From the NCBI GenBank assembly GCA_964270895.1, contig OZ185439.1: 64,000 bases of DNA. One strand, given 5' to 3'. Shown piece by piece: positions 40,301-53,625 of this stretch. The notes under the pieces were generated by a model. It was given only the letters and a program-made list of their open reading frames with translations. It was not told the DNA's origin and ran no database searches. Every line of letters starts with the position of its first letter. Positions within the stretch are counted from its first letter, which is position 1. Source of the stretch: Podarcis filfolensis (taxonomy: Eukaryota). The translations under genes and the position numbers were made by a program.

Positions 40301-40302
<2 letters not shown>

Positions 40303-41461
40303 GAGAGTAGCATCACATTTCTCTCTATGAAATTTCTATGTGGCCACCATGTGAAGCAGTGAACAAGCACTTACTCTGTATTGATCCTTCTACCAGCCAA
40401 TGTTGGGGAATTGCGTCAGGTGTCAGCTGTGGTGTAATGGAAACTATCTGGAAGGAAATCCATGAGAGTAGCTGGAGTAAATTGCACACATCTTTTATCA
40501 GTGGGAGATGAGACATTGGTTGTGGGTGACTGGGTTTTGCCAGCATGTGCTATTTGCAAAACCTCTCTGTCCAGCAATTGAGAAGGAAGGACTGTGCACC
40601 CTGTAGCCCCATCTTCCCTGGCCACCTTTAAAAACAAATTGCTTATTCAAATTCTATATTATCTCCTTGTTTAGTTGGGGATGATTTCATGCCGTGTTTA
40701 CACACCAGATATGTAGCAGCAAGCATTAGGTAAATGGAGCAGTCGTTCCACACCTGATTACCCCCTTAAACTATGGCTGCGTATGTTCTGTAAATACACA
40801 GTGTGAAGCTGTTCCTTGGGCTGTACTCTAGCTGGTTTTCAGCAAAATGAAGGTTAAGGTAAATCCATACAATTAGTAGCACTTTGCATCTCGGATCCCC
40901 TTTCTTATAATTTTATATAGATGTGTATAGTCGTTAGATGTGTACAGCTGCATTGATTTTGCACACAGGTCCTGTGATGTAATGAATTTGTCCTTGTCAT
41001 GTTGACAGTTTAATATTTCTATCCTGCTTTTCTGTGAAAACAGTCAGTGGCTTATATTAAAAATAGTAAAATACAATTGGACAAGGTAAGTTAAAAGAGA
41101 TCTGTAATGTAAAGATACCTGTTAAAAATATTAATGAACAGTTGTACAAAACTAAAAAGCTTTAAAACAGATGTGGCCAATGTGGTGCTTTTTCAGATGT
41201 TTTTGGACTGCAACTCCCATAATTCCTGGCTATTGGAAGACATATCTGGGGCTGATGTGTGTTACAGTCCACAATATTTGTAGGGGAACATGTTGACTGC
41301 CCCTGCTTTAAAAGTTTTAAAGCAGCAGATCAGTCGTATTTTTTATTAAAGTCAGAATCAAAGTGATTTTATTCCTCATGTGCCCAATTAATGTCCTTTT
41401 CAAGTAGTTGTCTTTTACTTTTTCAACCACATTCCTAAACCTTCTTCATATGAAATTACAG

Positions 41462-41584
41462 GACAATCAGCTGACGTCGCTTCCCTTGGACTTTGGGACA
41501 TGGACCAGCATGGTAGAACTGAACTTAGCTACAAATCAACTCAACAAGATTCCTGAGGATGTGTCTGGACTTGTTTCCCTAGAG
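41462..41584 (+). CDS. SHOC2: SHOC2 coding exon 5 (123 nt)
   Basis: ttacag|GACAATCAG...CTAGAG|gtgagt; encodes [41 protein letters not shown]. Confidence 0.97.
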
Positions 41585-41652
41585 GTGAGTGGAATACACT
41601 GAGATCTTGTGAAGTGCCCTGAGCTCGTGTGATGAAGGGTGGTATAGAAATC

Positions 41653-41692
41653 TAATAATAATAATAATAATAATAATAATATATAATAATAT
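41653..41692. repeat. (AAT)n microsatellite
   Basis: Directly visible; ~70 nt downstream of a SHOC2 donor site. Confidence 0.95.
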
Positions 41693-42008
41693 ACAGGTTT
41701 GTTCGGAACTCACAAAAAGCTACACAGAAATTTTGTAAACATTTCCTGGGAAAGATTGCTTTTATTCTCAGTACTGTTTCTTTTTCCTAAATGGTTGCTA
41801 AAATTATTCAGTCTTTGCTCTAACTAATTTTAGAACTGAAGATTAAACTACTTTATATGTGTGTTGTTGGGTTGGTTTTTTTTTTTTTTTTGCAAAACCT
41901 GCTAAACTGTCCTAATTAAAATAAACATTGGCTGGAAAAAAATGTGAAAGTATAGCTGTCGATGAGAGAGAGCTGTTTCATGATTTTCATTTGCTGGAGT
42001 CAGTGTGG

Positions 42009-42299
42009 CAGAGGTAGGGGACCTTTTTCAGCTTGAGTGGCCATGTTCCCTTGTGCGCAACCTTTTCAGAGCCACATGCTAGCGATGAGTGGACCAGAGA
42101 CAAAAGTTAATTCTACAGTAGGCGACGTTTGATCCAATCTGCAAAACTCTGATATTTCTACACACTCCTTTCTATCCATCTTAGAGGCGTTATCACAGTT
42201 GAAGGACACATTCCCACCAGGCAGAAGCACTCAGGGAGGATGCTAAGCAGAACTAGTGAGGAGTTTGGCATAGGCCAAGGGACACTTCCTCACCCCTGA
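42009..42299. mobile_element. hAT-like MITE remnant
   Basis: Ends cagaggtaggggacct... and ...cttcctcacccctg are imperfect CAGGGGT-type TIRs. No TSD seen. Confidence 0.45.
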
Positions 42300-42427
42300 A
42301 ATATGGCATTTGTAGGCGAAATTAAGCCATCTCCAGCTTTTTAATTGAAGAACCCTTAGTTTACTGAATGTTTACTTCGCCGATAACCTGCTGGTTTATT
42401 CAAAGTTCAACATACGTCTTTCTTCAG

Positions 42428-42565
42428 GTTCTTGTCTTGTCGAACAACCTTCTAAGAAACCTTCCCCATGGCATTGGGAACCTGCGAAAGTTAAGAGAAT
42501 TGGATCTAGAGGAAAACAAGCTGGAATCCTTGCCCAATGAAATAGCGTACCTTCGGGAACTTCAG
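42428..42565 (+). CDS. SHOC2: SHOC2 coding exon 6 (138 nt)
   Basis: tttcttcag|GTTCTT...CTTCAG|gtacct; encodes [46 protein letters not shown]. Confidence 0.97.
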
Positions 42566-42639
42566 GTACCTATCTGTACCACATAAAAACGGAACCTCTA
42601 TCAATGGGTCTTTTTGCCTGATTTGGTATTACGGACTGT

Positions 42640-43250
42640 CTCTTTGTACACACGTTTCACCAGTATGTGGCATTGCCATGTAAGGAGGGTGGATAATCTG
42701 GAAGTAACTGTAGAAGTCATTGTGTGGAGATATTTTATAGACATCTCCCGGTTTCTATGTATGGTAGATAACATTGCAGAGTGCTAAAACCTAAATTCTG
42801 GGTCATGACATGTTGCATGGGGTAACTGATGGGTTATGAGACCTTGAGGTCCTAGTAGATAGCTCGATCAAGACGTTGGCCTGGTGTGCAGCCATTGTGA
42901 ACAAGACAAATTCCATGCTAGGCTTCTACTTCTCCACACAACACATAGTTAAACTATGGAACTCATTCCCACGGGAGGCAGTGATGACCACAAACTTGGA
43001 TGGGGATAAGGCTATCAGTGGCTACTAGCTACTATGGCTATGCTCTGTCTCCATGGTTGGAGACAGTAATGCTTCTGAATACCAGTTGCTGGAAACCACA
43101 GTGGGAACTGGTGGGGAGAGTGTCCTTCTGCTTGGGTCCTGTATGCAAGTTTCTTACAGGCATTTGGTTGGCCACTGTGAGGACAGGATGTGGGACAAGG
43201 TGGGCCATTGGCCTGATCCAGCAGGCTTTTCTTACATCCCTATGGTTGCC
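42640..43250 (+). mobile_element. Degenerate CR1 LINE 3' fragment in SHOC2 intron 7
   Basis: Relic aagacaaattccatgctagg (KANSMLG-like), then the squamate CR1 3' UTR ggctatgctctg...ggccattggcctgatccagcaggct...tcttacat. Confidence 0.7.
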
Positions 43251-43359
43251 GGGGAGGGGAAGGCTCTGATTCTAATGATTGGATAGTGTTACCCATCTTT
43301 GTTCTGGGTGATTGAAGATGACATTAATTTGATGCTTACATATGCATATTTCTTCCCAG

Positions 43360-43477
43360 AGGTTGATCTTAACAAATAATCAGTTGAGCACCCTTCCTAG
43401 AGGAATTGGCCACCTCATCAATCTGACACATCTTGGACTGGGAGAGAATTTTCTTACACAACTTCCTGAGGAAATTG
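43360..43477 (+). CDS. SHOC2: SHOC2 coding exon 7 (118 nt)
   Basis: tttcttcccag|AGGTTG...GAAATTG|gtatga; encodes [39 protein letters not shown]. Confidence 0.97.
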
Positions 43478-44384
43478 GTATGATATTTGTTTTACCCATA
43501 CATAGAATGATGTGGTTTTGTTTTAGCTACCAGTAAAATGCTGGAGATGTAGTCTACTGGTGTTGATTATCTGCAGTATTTGCTACATTCCAGTTGTGTC
43601 CTGCTCACAGGATTGTCCCAAGGATGCTACGCACTCTCTTAAAATGTGGGCAGAACTATATTTCTTGTAACATTTGGAAAGCACTAGGTAGATACTTTGC
43701 CAGTTTGGGGAGTCTCTTCTAGCATATCTCTCATCAGAAGACCTTTAGCATAATGAAGTCTCTTGAAGGTAGGAGTTAGGAGTTCAAGATTTTGTAGCTG
43801 GGAAGACAGTAAAGGAAGAAATAAGACAATTTTATTATCTACAATGGGCTTCAGTTGATGAGGGGAAGTCGCAATCTCTCAATTTCATACTGCTTTTCAT
43901 TTGGCATGCAAACAATAGAAAATGGCAGTAGATGAGAAATGCATCTTCAATTTAAGGCATCTGTTTGGATCCTGTGGAAAAACGGGTTGCCGTACTGTGA
44001 TAACTGACAGAAGAACAAACTATTTATGTGTTGAGAATATCTTAATGAGAGCTTCTTTCTGGGTGGTGTGTGGAGTTCTGTTGGCACCCTCACGCTCACG
44101 GGAAGGCTTTTGATCTAGCAGATGTGTCTCGTAATGCAAGAGGAAGGGAGGGAGTTTTCATTGAGTGATCCTCTCTCCTGCACCCTCCCTCCAGAAATCT
44201 GCTCCAATCAGTTGTCTAATCCTTCAGAACAGCATAGAAGGTGATATGGGGTACTGCCATGGGGAGAGGGAATTAACAACAGCAGGCTCCCGTCCTCTCC
44301 TTTAGCCGGAAAGCCCTTTCCATAAGTGCAAGGACACCAGTTGGGTCTAAATTAGTTTCAGCCAAGGGTGTTTTTAAGTGCTAA

Positions 44385-44618
<234 letters not shown>

Positions 44619-46670
44619 TGGATATCTGCTCTAATGATGTACAAAATATAAATTGCATTGAGGGTATCATTGTGTACATAATATTATCTAGGCCACACGG
44701 TGCCAGGGTTTGATAAAAGTTGGATTGTTCCATACACTGTACAAAATGCAAAGAGCATTATTGGTATTGCGTATGTGTGAATATATAATATAATATATAG
44801 GCTGTATATTATATTATATATAAAGCATAAATAATATAAAACAGGCAAATTCAAGACCATGTTTATGTGTTTCTGCTAATAGAGGAAGCATAGCCATTTA
44901 GATTTTTTTTCTTTGTAAAGTGCTTGTCTAAGTTTTCTTTGCCGAATTTGATGGATGTCTGGGTAATTGGAGATACCAGTTCACTGAAAACAATGGCCAA
45001 CTAATTGCTGAACAATTTAAGGGACAAAACATTTTTAGATGGAGCCCTCTTCCTATGGGAAAAACAAGCAACTTGATTACACAAACTTTTTTTTTTATCA
45101 TTCCCCTCTGTGCAAATTCTCTGTGTCAAAAATCCTTTCGGGTGATTTGTCCTCTAGTTGGGGAGATTCTTTAACTTATTTTAAGATTTGAAACAAATGG
45201 TGATGTATTTGTTTACAGTCAGAGTAAATCACTGGATTATTTTTATTTTTTATTATTGTTGTTGGATTTGCTCTGTTATACTCATATCTAAAATTTATAT
45301 GCTTCTGCCGAGGGCTTCTTATTGTCTGATTTTATATTAAAACAAAAGCGTAAGTAGGAAAAGATGCAGTTCAACAAAAGCTTGAATTTAGGCCTTTTTC
45401 AGTTTATCGTTCGTAAGCATATCTTATTTGATCCACTTATCTTACGGTTGGCCTCATCTAGCACAAGCACCATATTCTGATACATAAATTGACAGATATA
45501 TTTGAAAACCCGCAACATTCTGTTAAGGTCTAGTAGTGCATTGACGAGGAATGAATATATATTACACCAGGCAAGTGTAAGCGCTCCCCCGGTCTTTGTA
45601 CAATTAATGAATGTGTCTTTTAAAGCACTGCAGTATATGTAAGATTTATGATTGGTTGACAGTGTTACTCTGGCTTTATATCTTGCCTTGCCTTGTACAT
45701 CTTTCCATTGTTACGGAGCATCTGCATCCAAGCACAATATCTTCATGCTGTGCTGTTTTGCTGCTGAACTAAATGCACTTTTCCCTGCAGAAGTGGGACA
45801 CTTGCTTCAAAGTAATCAGTTCAGTACCATGGTTTATTCTCTCAGCTTCATCCTATCAATCTCAGTATTAAAGACCGGTCTGTTTTAAAAGTTTCATTTG
45901 TACTTAAAACTTGCTCTGTAAAAAAGAACAGTAAAGTGGTTCACATGCAGTTTTACTGTCATTTTCGTGGCTGTATGAAGGGCTAATAACGCTGCAGTGA
46001 AACAGAGACTTGCCACTAACACTTGCAGTGCCATTTCTAGTTTTTGTGTGCACCCATCTTGCATTCTGGGCAGTTGCTTTCAATGTCAGTTCACTACATT
46101 GGGTTTGCTTCTGAGATTGTGGAATTTAGAGAGTGCTGTGTCTTTTGAACCAGTTGTACGGACCACAGAAGCCAGAGGAATCTTGTTCATCTATTGAAGG
46201 TTTTGGAACTTTTATTTCTGGCACTAAGAGCCATTTAATCAGTACAATCCAGAGATTATCACATATGCCTGTCCCATGTAAATAAGTTAGATGCACACTC
46301 CTGGCAGTATAATTAAGAATTACTTCTGAGTAAAGATGCTTAAGAGTGCTCTGCAAGTTTCAGAGGCTGTAGTGGGATTTGGATGTGCCTGAGTTCCTTT
46401 GGCGTGAGCCCATCATAACTTACTGCCTTGCTCTGTTTTCTTTGATATGAATTATAGCTTTTATTGATTGGTTTTCTCACTAGCGAGGGAGAATTGTTTT
46501 GAAAGAAAGGCAGGTAAGATACATAAAACCTTTAACGGGCTTAAGCTGGTAGCAAAAACTAGTCTAGATGTCACTGGATATACAAAGGAATATCTACTAC
46601 AGTCTTCTGAAAAATAATAATCTAATGCTATTTCAGTTTAGATTTATAAAATTGTATAGTTTCAGCTGTG
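44619..46670 (+). other. SHOC2: SHOC2 3' UTR (3' end approximate)
   Basis: TE-free AU-rich stretch after the stop. Blocks such as GTGTTTCTGCTAATAGAGGA, TGTTTACAGTCAGAGTAAATCACTGGATT, GCTGCTGAACTAAATGCACTTTT and TAGATGTCACTGGAT match my recollection of the mammalian SHOC2 UTR. The end is placed after TTTATAAAA at ~46643. Confidence 0.6.
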
Positions 46671-49600
46671 TGAAAGCCTATCCATCTGAGCATTAAGGTG
46701 TTAAAATACAAAATGGTGGTTTAAAAGGTGAAAGTCCACTTTATGCTGAAGCTGTAAACTTGTCCCAGTAACTCAGTCTGTGTCTTTATATGCTGCCCAT
46801 ATGCACTTTTAGGGGGAGATAATCTTTTCTATAATCAATTGTCTGTACCTGTTACTTTTAAAGCCAGAGTTTAGCCATGTATTGAAAATTATTCCAGGCA
46901 AAATGAGAATAGAATCTTTGGAAGATTTTTCAGAATTGATGTAGGATAGGATGCTTCTAGTAGGTTGGGTTCTTCTGCCACTTTGTGGAGTTGTGGGTAG
47001 ATGAAGTTGAATTGCATTTATGGAACTGGTAGTTTTGTCTGTAAATATATTAATACAATTGTTCATCTTGCCAAGGATTATGTGACTGACTGTTTCTCTC
47101 TCTCTGAAAGATCACTTGCATGTTGGAAACTGGTTTTATTCATTCATTAAAACATTTAAAAAATGAACTTTTTTTTTTAAGGTGAATCAATTATACTTCA
47201 GTATCACATGTAAAGAGGAGTCAAAGTATAGTCTGTTAAGCACAGAATCTACAGGACTCCCAAATCCAAGTTTATGTTCCACAATCAGCACAGGATGCAA
47301 AATGAATAAATTTAGACAAAGGTAGCAATAAATTCTGGGCTAAAAAGAAATCAGAAAATATTTTCATAATGCAGCTGATTGTCTTCTAAATTTTAGAATT
47401 TGATTTCTCATGATAGAAAGTTATTATGTCCCAGAATAACTTTACTTTCCTTGGCAAAATGATGGATTCTAACCAATTAGGAAATGTCCACCTAAATCTA
47501 GCAAGGATATATTAACTGGAATTTAAAAACTGAATCTGTGCCAATCAGAAACTTGGGGGAAATTATAGGATTTGTGATACTGAGAAGATACATATATCTA
47601 GATAGTTCTTTTTGGGATGTCTAGTAAGTGTGCCCCTTGCTCTTGTAACACTACACATTTAGTTTCTCTACTAAGTCAGTTCTACCTTTTTACGCGAAGC
47701 TTCAGAATTAGTGACAATCCTCTCAGGTCTCTCAAGCAGTTTTGATGGGTGTCAGTGCATATCCTCCCAAGTTCATCATGGAAACAACAGCAGATATATT
47801 TGGAGAATTCTTATTAGACTGTTCCCCATAGAATCACATTCATGGGTTTCCCAGTGCAAGAACAGATGCCATGTCCATCGAGGTCATCACCTTGGCTCCA
47901 GGGCGGGTGCCACCATCAGTGCTGCTGCTCTTGTGTTGTTCTCTGGCCGCTGTATAGCAAAGGGATAAAACCTGTATGACTTTGATGTGATGCATATGGA
48001 TGTCAGTGTAGCCCTTGCTGTGCTTCGTTGGAGTAACCCTGTGCCTCTGTGTTAGAACAGAATTTTAATGGCAAGCAGGACGGAACTGCCTCATGTGCTG
48101 CTTTAGCACATGAGGCAGTTATCATGTGCTAAAGCTGCTTTAGCACATGAGCACAAACCACCCTCTGCACTGCTGAAGGAACCCCTCAGATGGGCTGCAA
48201 AGTACACTTTGTACAGCTCTGCCACAGTTAGGAAAGTTACAAAAATCTAACCTCCACTTCTTAGGACTGAGTTGCAACACTGAATTGCAAAGGAGGAATA
48301 ATTGGCATTGACTCTTTGGGAAACCAGTGTATATATCTTAGTATAATATTCATGTTACATTAATGGCAGTAAATTAATTTGGCTGCATAATTTGGCTTTA
48401 AAGATCTTTACCCAACTTCCCTGGTGGGGGCTTTCTAATGTGTTTCCTGCTAAAATTTTGCAGTGTTTGCTTTTTGATGTTTCAGACTTTATTTACACAA
48501 TTTATCTTGGCAAATATTTAAGCTTAGGAGGGATTCTAGCTCATTGAAATGTTTTTGTATAGTAGTACTAAGAAGAGAAAACTGTAGCTACTTATTGTCA
48601 AAATGGCAGGCAAAATTTAAAGTAGCATCTTTGACCTGGACAATTTTTGGAACGGGGGCATTGGGATGGTTTTGTATTCTTCACATATCAAAGGAATAAT
48701 GCCTTCCTGATTATTCAAGAACCTGAATGCAGCAGAGCATTTGTATAGTCAATATTGCACTTCCATTGTATATTTAATCAGCATGTCAGAACTTGCTTTT
48801 AATTAGGTATACACTTGGCAGTAATTTGCACAACACACCAACTTTAAAAGGCACATGTAGGGCAATTACTAATGATAATATCTGCAAAAAAATCTGATGG
48901 CTTTTTTATTCTTCAAAGATCTGAAGATTCTGTTTATTATTTCAATGTTTAGGTCTTAAGCAGGACAGTGCAGGATTCTGCCTGTTAAATACAAGACCAC
49001 ACTAATTTGTGATTGAAAATGAAAGCGTGTAAAACGGTCTACAAAAATTGTACTTTCTGAATTATTGTAATGTTGATTGTTATGTCTATAAAAGATTGCC
49101 TTGCTTTTTTACAAGTCATTCTGTATCAATGTATCATTATAAATAGTATATTTGTAAATGAGCTGCCACTGAGTCTTTTGGGCATTTTCTAGTGGTAAAG
49201 TTTAATTTAACTTTGTCTGTAAATCTGTGCAGTATCGCAGATGATTGACATTTTGGATTGCCATTCTCTCTGTCCTTTTTCAAAGAGTTTGTCCCACCCA
49301 TCCCTCCAGTATAAAATAAGGTTTATTGTATATTGATATTTATTACCAAATTTGCATGATAGTAACTGGTCTAAAAGCAAGCAAATGCAGTTGTGTAAAA
49401 ATGCAGACCTTTATAAAGGAAATCTTGGTTAAAAAACCCCCTTTACTTCCTTTTTGATCAGTAAGCCTTGAAAGTGTAAGCAATTCATTTGGTATTCACT
49501 ACATTTGGTAATCAAAAAAACAATAGTTGACAAGGAATTTTGGTGCATTTTATGTGTCCTATATTGAAAAGATGGGAAATCACCTGAGGTCAATCATTTT

Positions 49601-51082
49601 TCTTGTAGTAGTTTCTCCACTTCTCATACACATTACATCATTTCTGGTAGTTTGGATCCAGTCCATATACTACTAGCTCATGCTTTGCTTCCTGAAATAC
49701 CTATAACTACAAAACAATTCAAATAATCACAAAAGTGCAACCCTAACCCTGTATAACTGGGAATCAAGCAAACTGGATTCAACAGGACTTCTGAATGCAT
49801 GTGGGGAAGGATTCAACAGATGAGTCCCATCAACAGTAGCCCTGAGCAAGACCCTCTGCTTGTGCAGTGGAATTGCCCCCCCCCAATTGCTCTTGTAGTT
49901 GACTGGCAGGTGGGGTCCAGGAGAACCCCCAGAGCATTACGTGTGGTAGGAGAGAAGGGATTGTTTCACATGGCAAGCCAAGATGCTTGCCGGAATGTTC
50001 AGAAGGTCAAGTGAGAATGTTGCAGAACAAAGGGCTTCAACATGATTATCCATGCCAGGAACAGAATATGCAGTTAAGTTCTCCTTTTGTGTTTCCTCTA
50101 TCAAAAACACAACAAAATTCCTTGCCACTTTCGAGAGTTTCTGTGCTGCTTTAAATATTGCCCAAATGGTTTTTTCTTCTTCCTATGACCACTTTTAAGA
50201 TGAGAGCCCGTCTTATTTCTGATCTTTACACTTGCTGAGGTGTAAAGCCAGCCGACAGTGCCTGCTATTAATAGCATTGTCTTGTCTTTGCTGCCGTTTC
50301 CCTGTGCTGGTCTGACCTCCTTGGTGGCCTTTTGCAAATCTATTCTGTCAGTTTCCTCATTGGTATATAATAAGGATAATGCAGGGTTGCTGTGAGGATT
50401 TATTAAAGCTTATCAAGGACTGGAAAGATGAGTGCTACATGCAAAGGAGTTATATAAATGGAAAATAATCCTATTATGGAATTATGATTCGGATTAAAAC
50501 TATCAATGAAAAATCACCCACAGCAGTGATTTATTCTTTATGATTAAATTAGTTACAAATTACATTATTCTGATCTGTCTTCTGCATTCATTTAATATGG
50601 GGAGCTGGAGAAAGTTGAGAAAAAGCAACATCAGGTTCTTGTTTCCAGACGCCCAAGGCATTGTTAAGTATCATTACTCTTAGCGGCATGTTTCAATGAC
50701 TGCTTCTTTTCTTGTGCCTACAGCTGCTTGTTGCTCAGGCAAACTGATCATCTGATCAGTTATGTCTGTTTTGCAAACCTTAAGGTGAATTGAACATCTC
50801 TTCTGTGTGATAATCTGGCTATTATGATCGAATCTGGGTGATTTATAGGTACACTTCTTATTTTACATAATTCCCTGTTGAAGTCAGTTTGCATAGCTAT
50901 TGGATGAGAAGGTAGAACTTGAGGTACAGATGTTCCTACCATACATCTCTAAAGATAGTCCCAGTTAGGGCCACTTTACATGATTTCCCCCCATCCTGAA
51001 TATCAATTCCATGTAGTTTCATATACAGCATACAATGTGATAAATGCACACGTGTCTATCTTATCATGTGTGTTTCATGTGG

Positions 51083-51423
51083 AAGGTAAAGGTAAAGGGA
51101 CCCCTGACCATTAGGTCCAGTCGTGGCCAACTCGGGTTGCACCGCTCATCTCGCTTTATTGGCTGAGGGAGCCGACATACAGCTTCCGGGTCAGCATGAC
51201 TAAGCCGCTTCTGGTGAATCAGAGCAGCGCACGGAAACGCTGTTTACCTTCCTGGCGGAGCGGTACCTATTCACCTACTTGCACTATGACGTGCTTTCGA
51301 ACTGCTAGGTGGGCAGGAGCTGGGACCAAGCAACGGGAGCTCACCCTGTAGCGGGGATTCGGACCGTCAACCTTCTAATCAGCAAGTCCTAGGCTCTGTG
51401 GTTTAACCCACAGCACCACCCGC
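51083..51423 (-). mobile_element. Sauria SINE
   Basis: aaggtaaaggtaaagggacccctgaccattaggtccag...gtggtttaacccacagcaccacccgc is the reverse complement of the 33130 copy. Confidence 0.9.
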
Positions 51424-52300
51424 AATTGCCATCCAGTGGGTTCTCATTGCATCCATCTCATGTGTATATCCTTCTGAGTTTTGTCATGTATGCTTTCAGG
51501 CCATATTCTGACCTCAAGGCTACAGTGTACTTCAACCACTCTCCCTAACAAATGATCTCTGCACCACCAGCCAAGCACTATGTGGGTTGCTGCCATTTCA
51601 TTATCAGTCGCCATATTTCTGGTCGGCCAGCATCCCTGATAGGTGTGCGCATGAGCTTGGGGACTCACTGCAATATGGCAATGATTCAGCTGTAAATCGC
51701 TGAACGTATTTATAGCCAGAGCTTAAATTGCTTGCAATGTGGAGGCAAGTTTCTTGGGTATTTTTCCGGGTAAAATAACACCTGAACTGAAAAGTGGCAG
51801 TAGCGGACAGATACCCCACAAAAGCAGAGATCCACTGACAAAGCAGTTTCTGCCACTCTGTGATCAGGTAAGACAATGTAGTCAAGCACAGCTCTTTAAA
51901 TTAAAACACAGGCAACCAAAGAAAGAGGTATGTTTTCTGTTTTCATAAGGCTACACCAAAAGCCCACATTGAGCAGATGTGGGTTCCTTGCAATTGCAAT
52001 TGCTTTCTTCCGTAGCTGCCACCCTTACTAAACGTAGCAGCCATGCATTTATCTGGTATGCTCCCCTCTCATCAATTTGCATTCCTGAATGTGTGATTAA
52101 AAAGCAAGAACAGACCTATTCCATGTTTCAATATATTAAGACAGAAAACCATTTTCAAACATCTTTGGTAGTACAGTATTTGAAAATCCCAATTTAATGA
52201 TTGGTAGAAAATTTTCAGAACTCATTTTTTTTAAAATAAAGAGCTCTGGTCCGATCTTGTTTAAGCCCTAATTCACTATTGTATGTAACAGTCTCCCAGT

Positions 52301-52304
52301 GTGT

Positions 52305-52357
<53 letters not shown>
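52301..52357. repeat. Compound (GT)n(AT)n microsatellite
   Basis: Directly visible. Confidence 0.97.
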
Positions 52358-52361
<4 letters not shown>

Positions 52362-53625
52362 CATCTCTTGGAGGGCTGCACATAAAGTGAGGAACTTAAG
52401 GAGCTACTTATCCCTTTCCTCTCTGGTCATATCTGCACTCAAAAATGCCCCCTCCAGCTTTGAAAAAGCAGCTTTGGGTTTGGGTCATTAAAATGGTTGG
52501 AGAGGAAAACATTCAGCAGCATTTTCCTGCCACTCCTCCATGCAAATGTGCAGCCTCCTCTGACTGTTTTTCATTTCAATTTTAGGATTGCTGAATATAT
52601 ATCTGGGAAACAATGTTTGGCTCTTAGCTCTTGTAAGATTATAAACTGTTACAATATATTATTTTAAAATATGCTCAAGGAGAGCTTGTTGATGAAAGTA
52701 AGATACCACATTAGCAATTTGTAGAGGCCTATCCACCAAACAAGCTAGGAGACGTAGATTTAAAAACAGGAAAAAGAGTAGCCGTGACATCATGTGCCAG
52801 GGGAATGAGATGGAGCCCTCATAAATCCAAGAATCTGGCTGATGATTGTTGTGGTTTGCTCAGAGGCATTTTGTAGTATGCGAGTTGTTTTGACAGGACA
52901 TTTGAAAGCAATGCCATTCAAGTAATGGTGCCAGGGCTCCTTAATCTGTAAAGTGAGCAGATGGTTATTCCAGGCTGTGCCATTTAATTCTACTGCACGG
53001 CTCCTGACTATTTTCATGCGGACTGGCTTTTAACAGATCTCTGTGATCCATCCAATCTGATAGATTTCAGTAAAAGGGACAGAAGCTGCCAAGCTTCACA
53101 AACTCAACCCTTCTGCTGTTAACAGGCCTTAAACTAACATTAGCAATGACTTTTTTTTTAGCTTAATAAATGTGATTGGCCCTCACGGGCATTTATGGGT
53201 AAGTAATAAAGTCTTTAAAAGGAAAATATGCACACTGAGATAGACTTTTTCTCTTTTTGAAAGGTGATGTCTGCAAAACATTGAGTACATCTTGACATAG
53301 AAAGAAATGTCAGCAGGAGGGCTAAGGGCACACATGTAGAATGAGTTAAATGGAGCTTCTGGGTAAAGTCAGTATTGCAGCCTGAATGAAGTTTGTAGGT
53401 GCTGACCTCTTGATACTTCGAAGCCTTTTTAAACTCTCCTGGATTTTTTTGAACATTTGTTAAATGTTGCCTATTCCTCTACCATCAGGTAAGCCACAAG
53501 TAATACGTATTTTTGAAACTGAAACTTTGTGGAAGTCTCCAGTACAAATCTCCAGGATATCTCCAATACAACTGATGTTGTGAGTTATCAGGTGGTGTTC
53601 TCTGGCTAAAGCTGTCCATGTGGAG

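Noticed and set aside
41431-41461. TTCCTAAAC resembling a U12 branch site before the 41462 exon
   Set aside because: The intron's donor is GTGAGA (U2 type), not GTATCCTT, and the motif has a mismatch.
51740-51770. KNTQETCLHIAS resembling an ankyrin TxLHxA motif
   Set aside because: A single partial match with no second repeat and no conserved Gly; too weak to assign a family.
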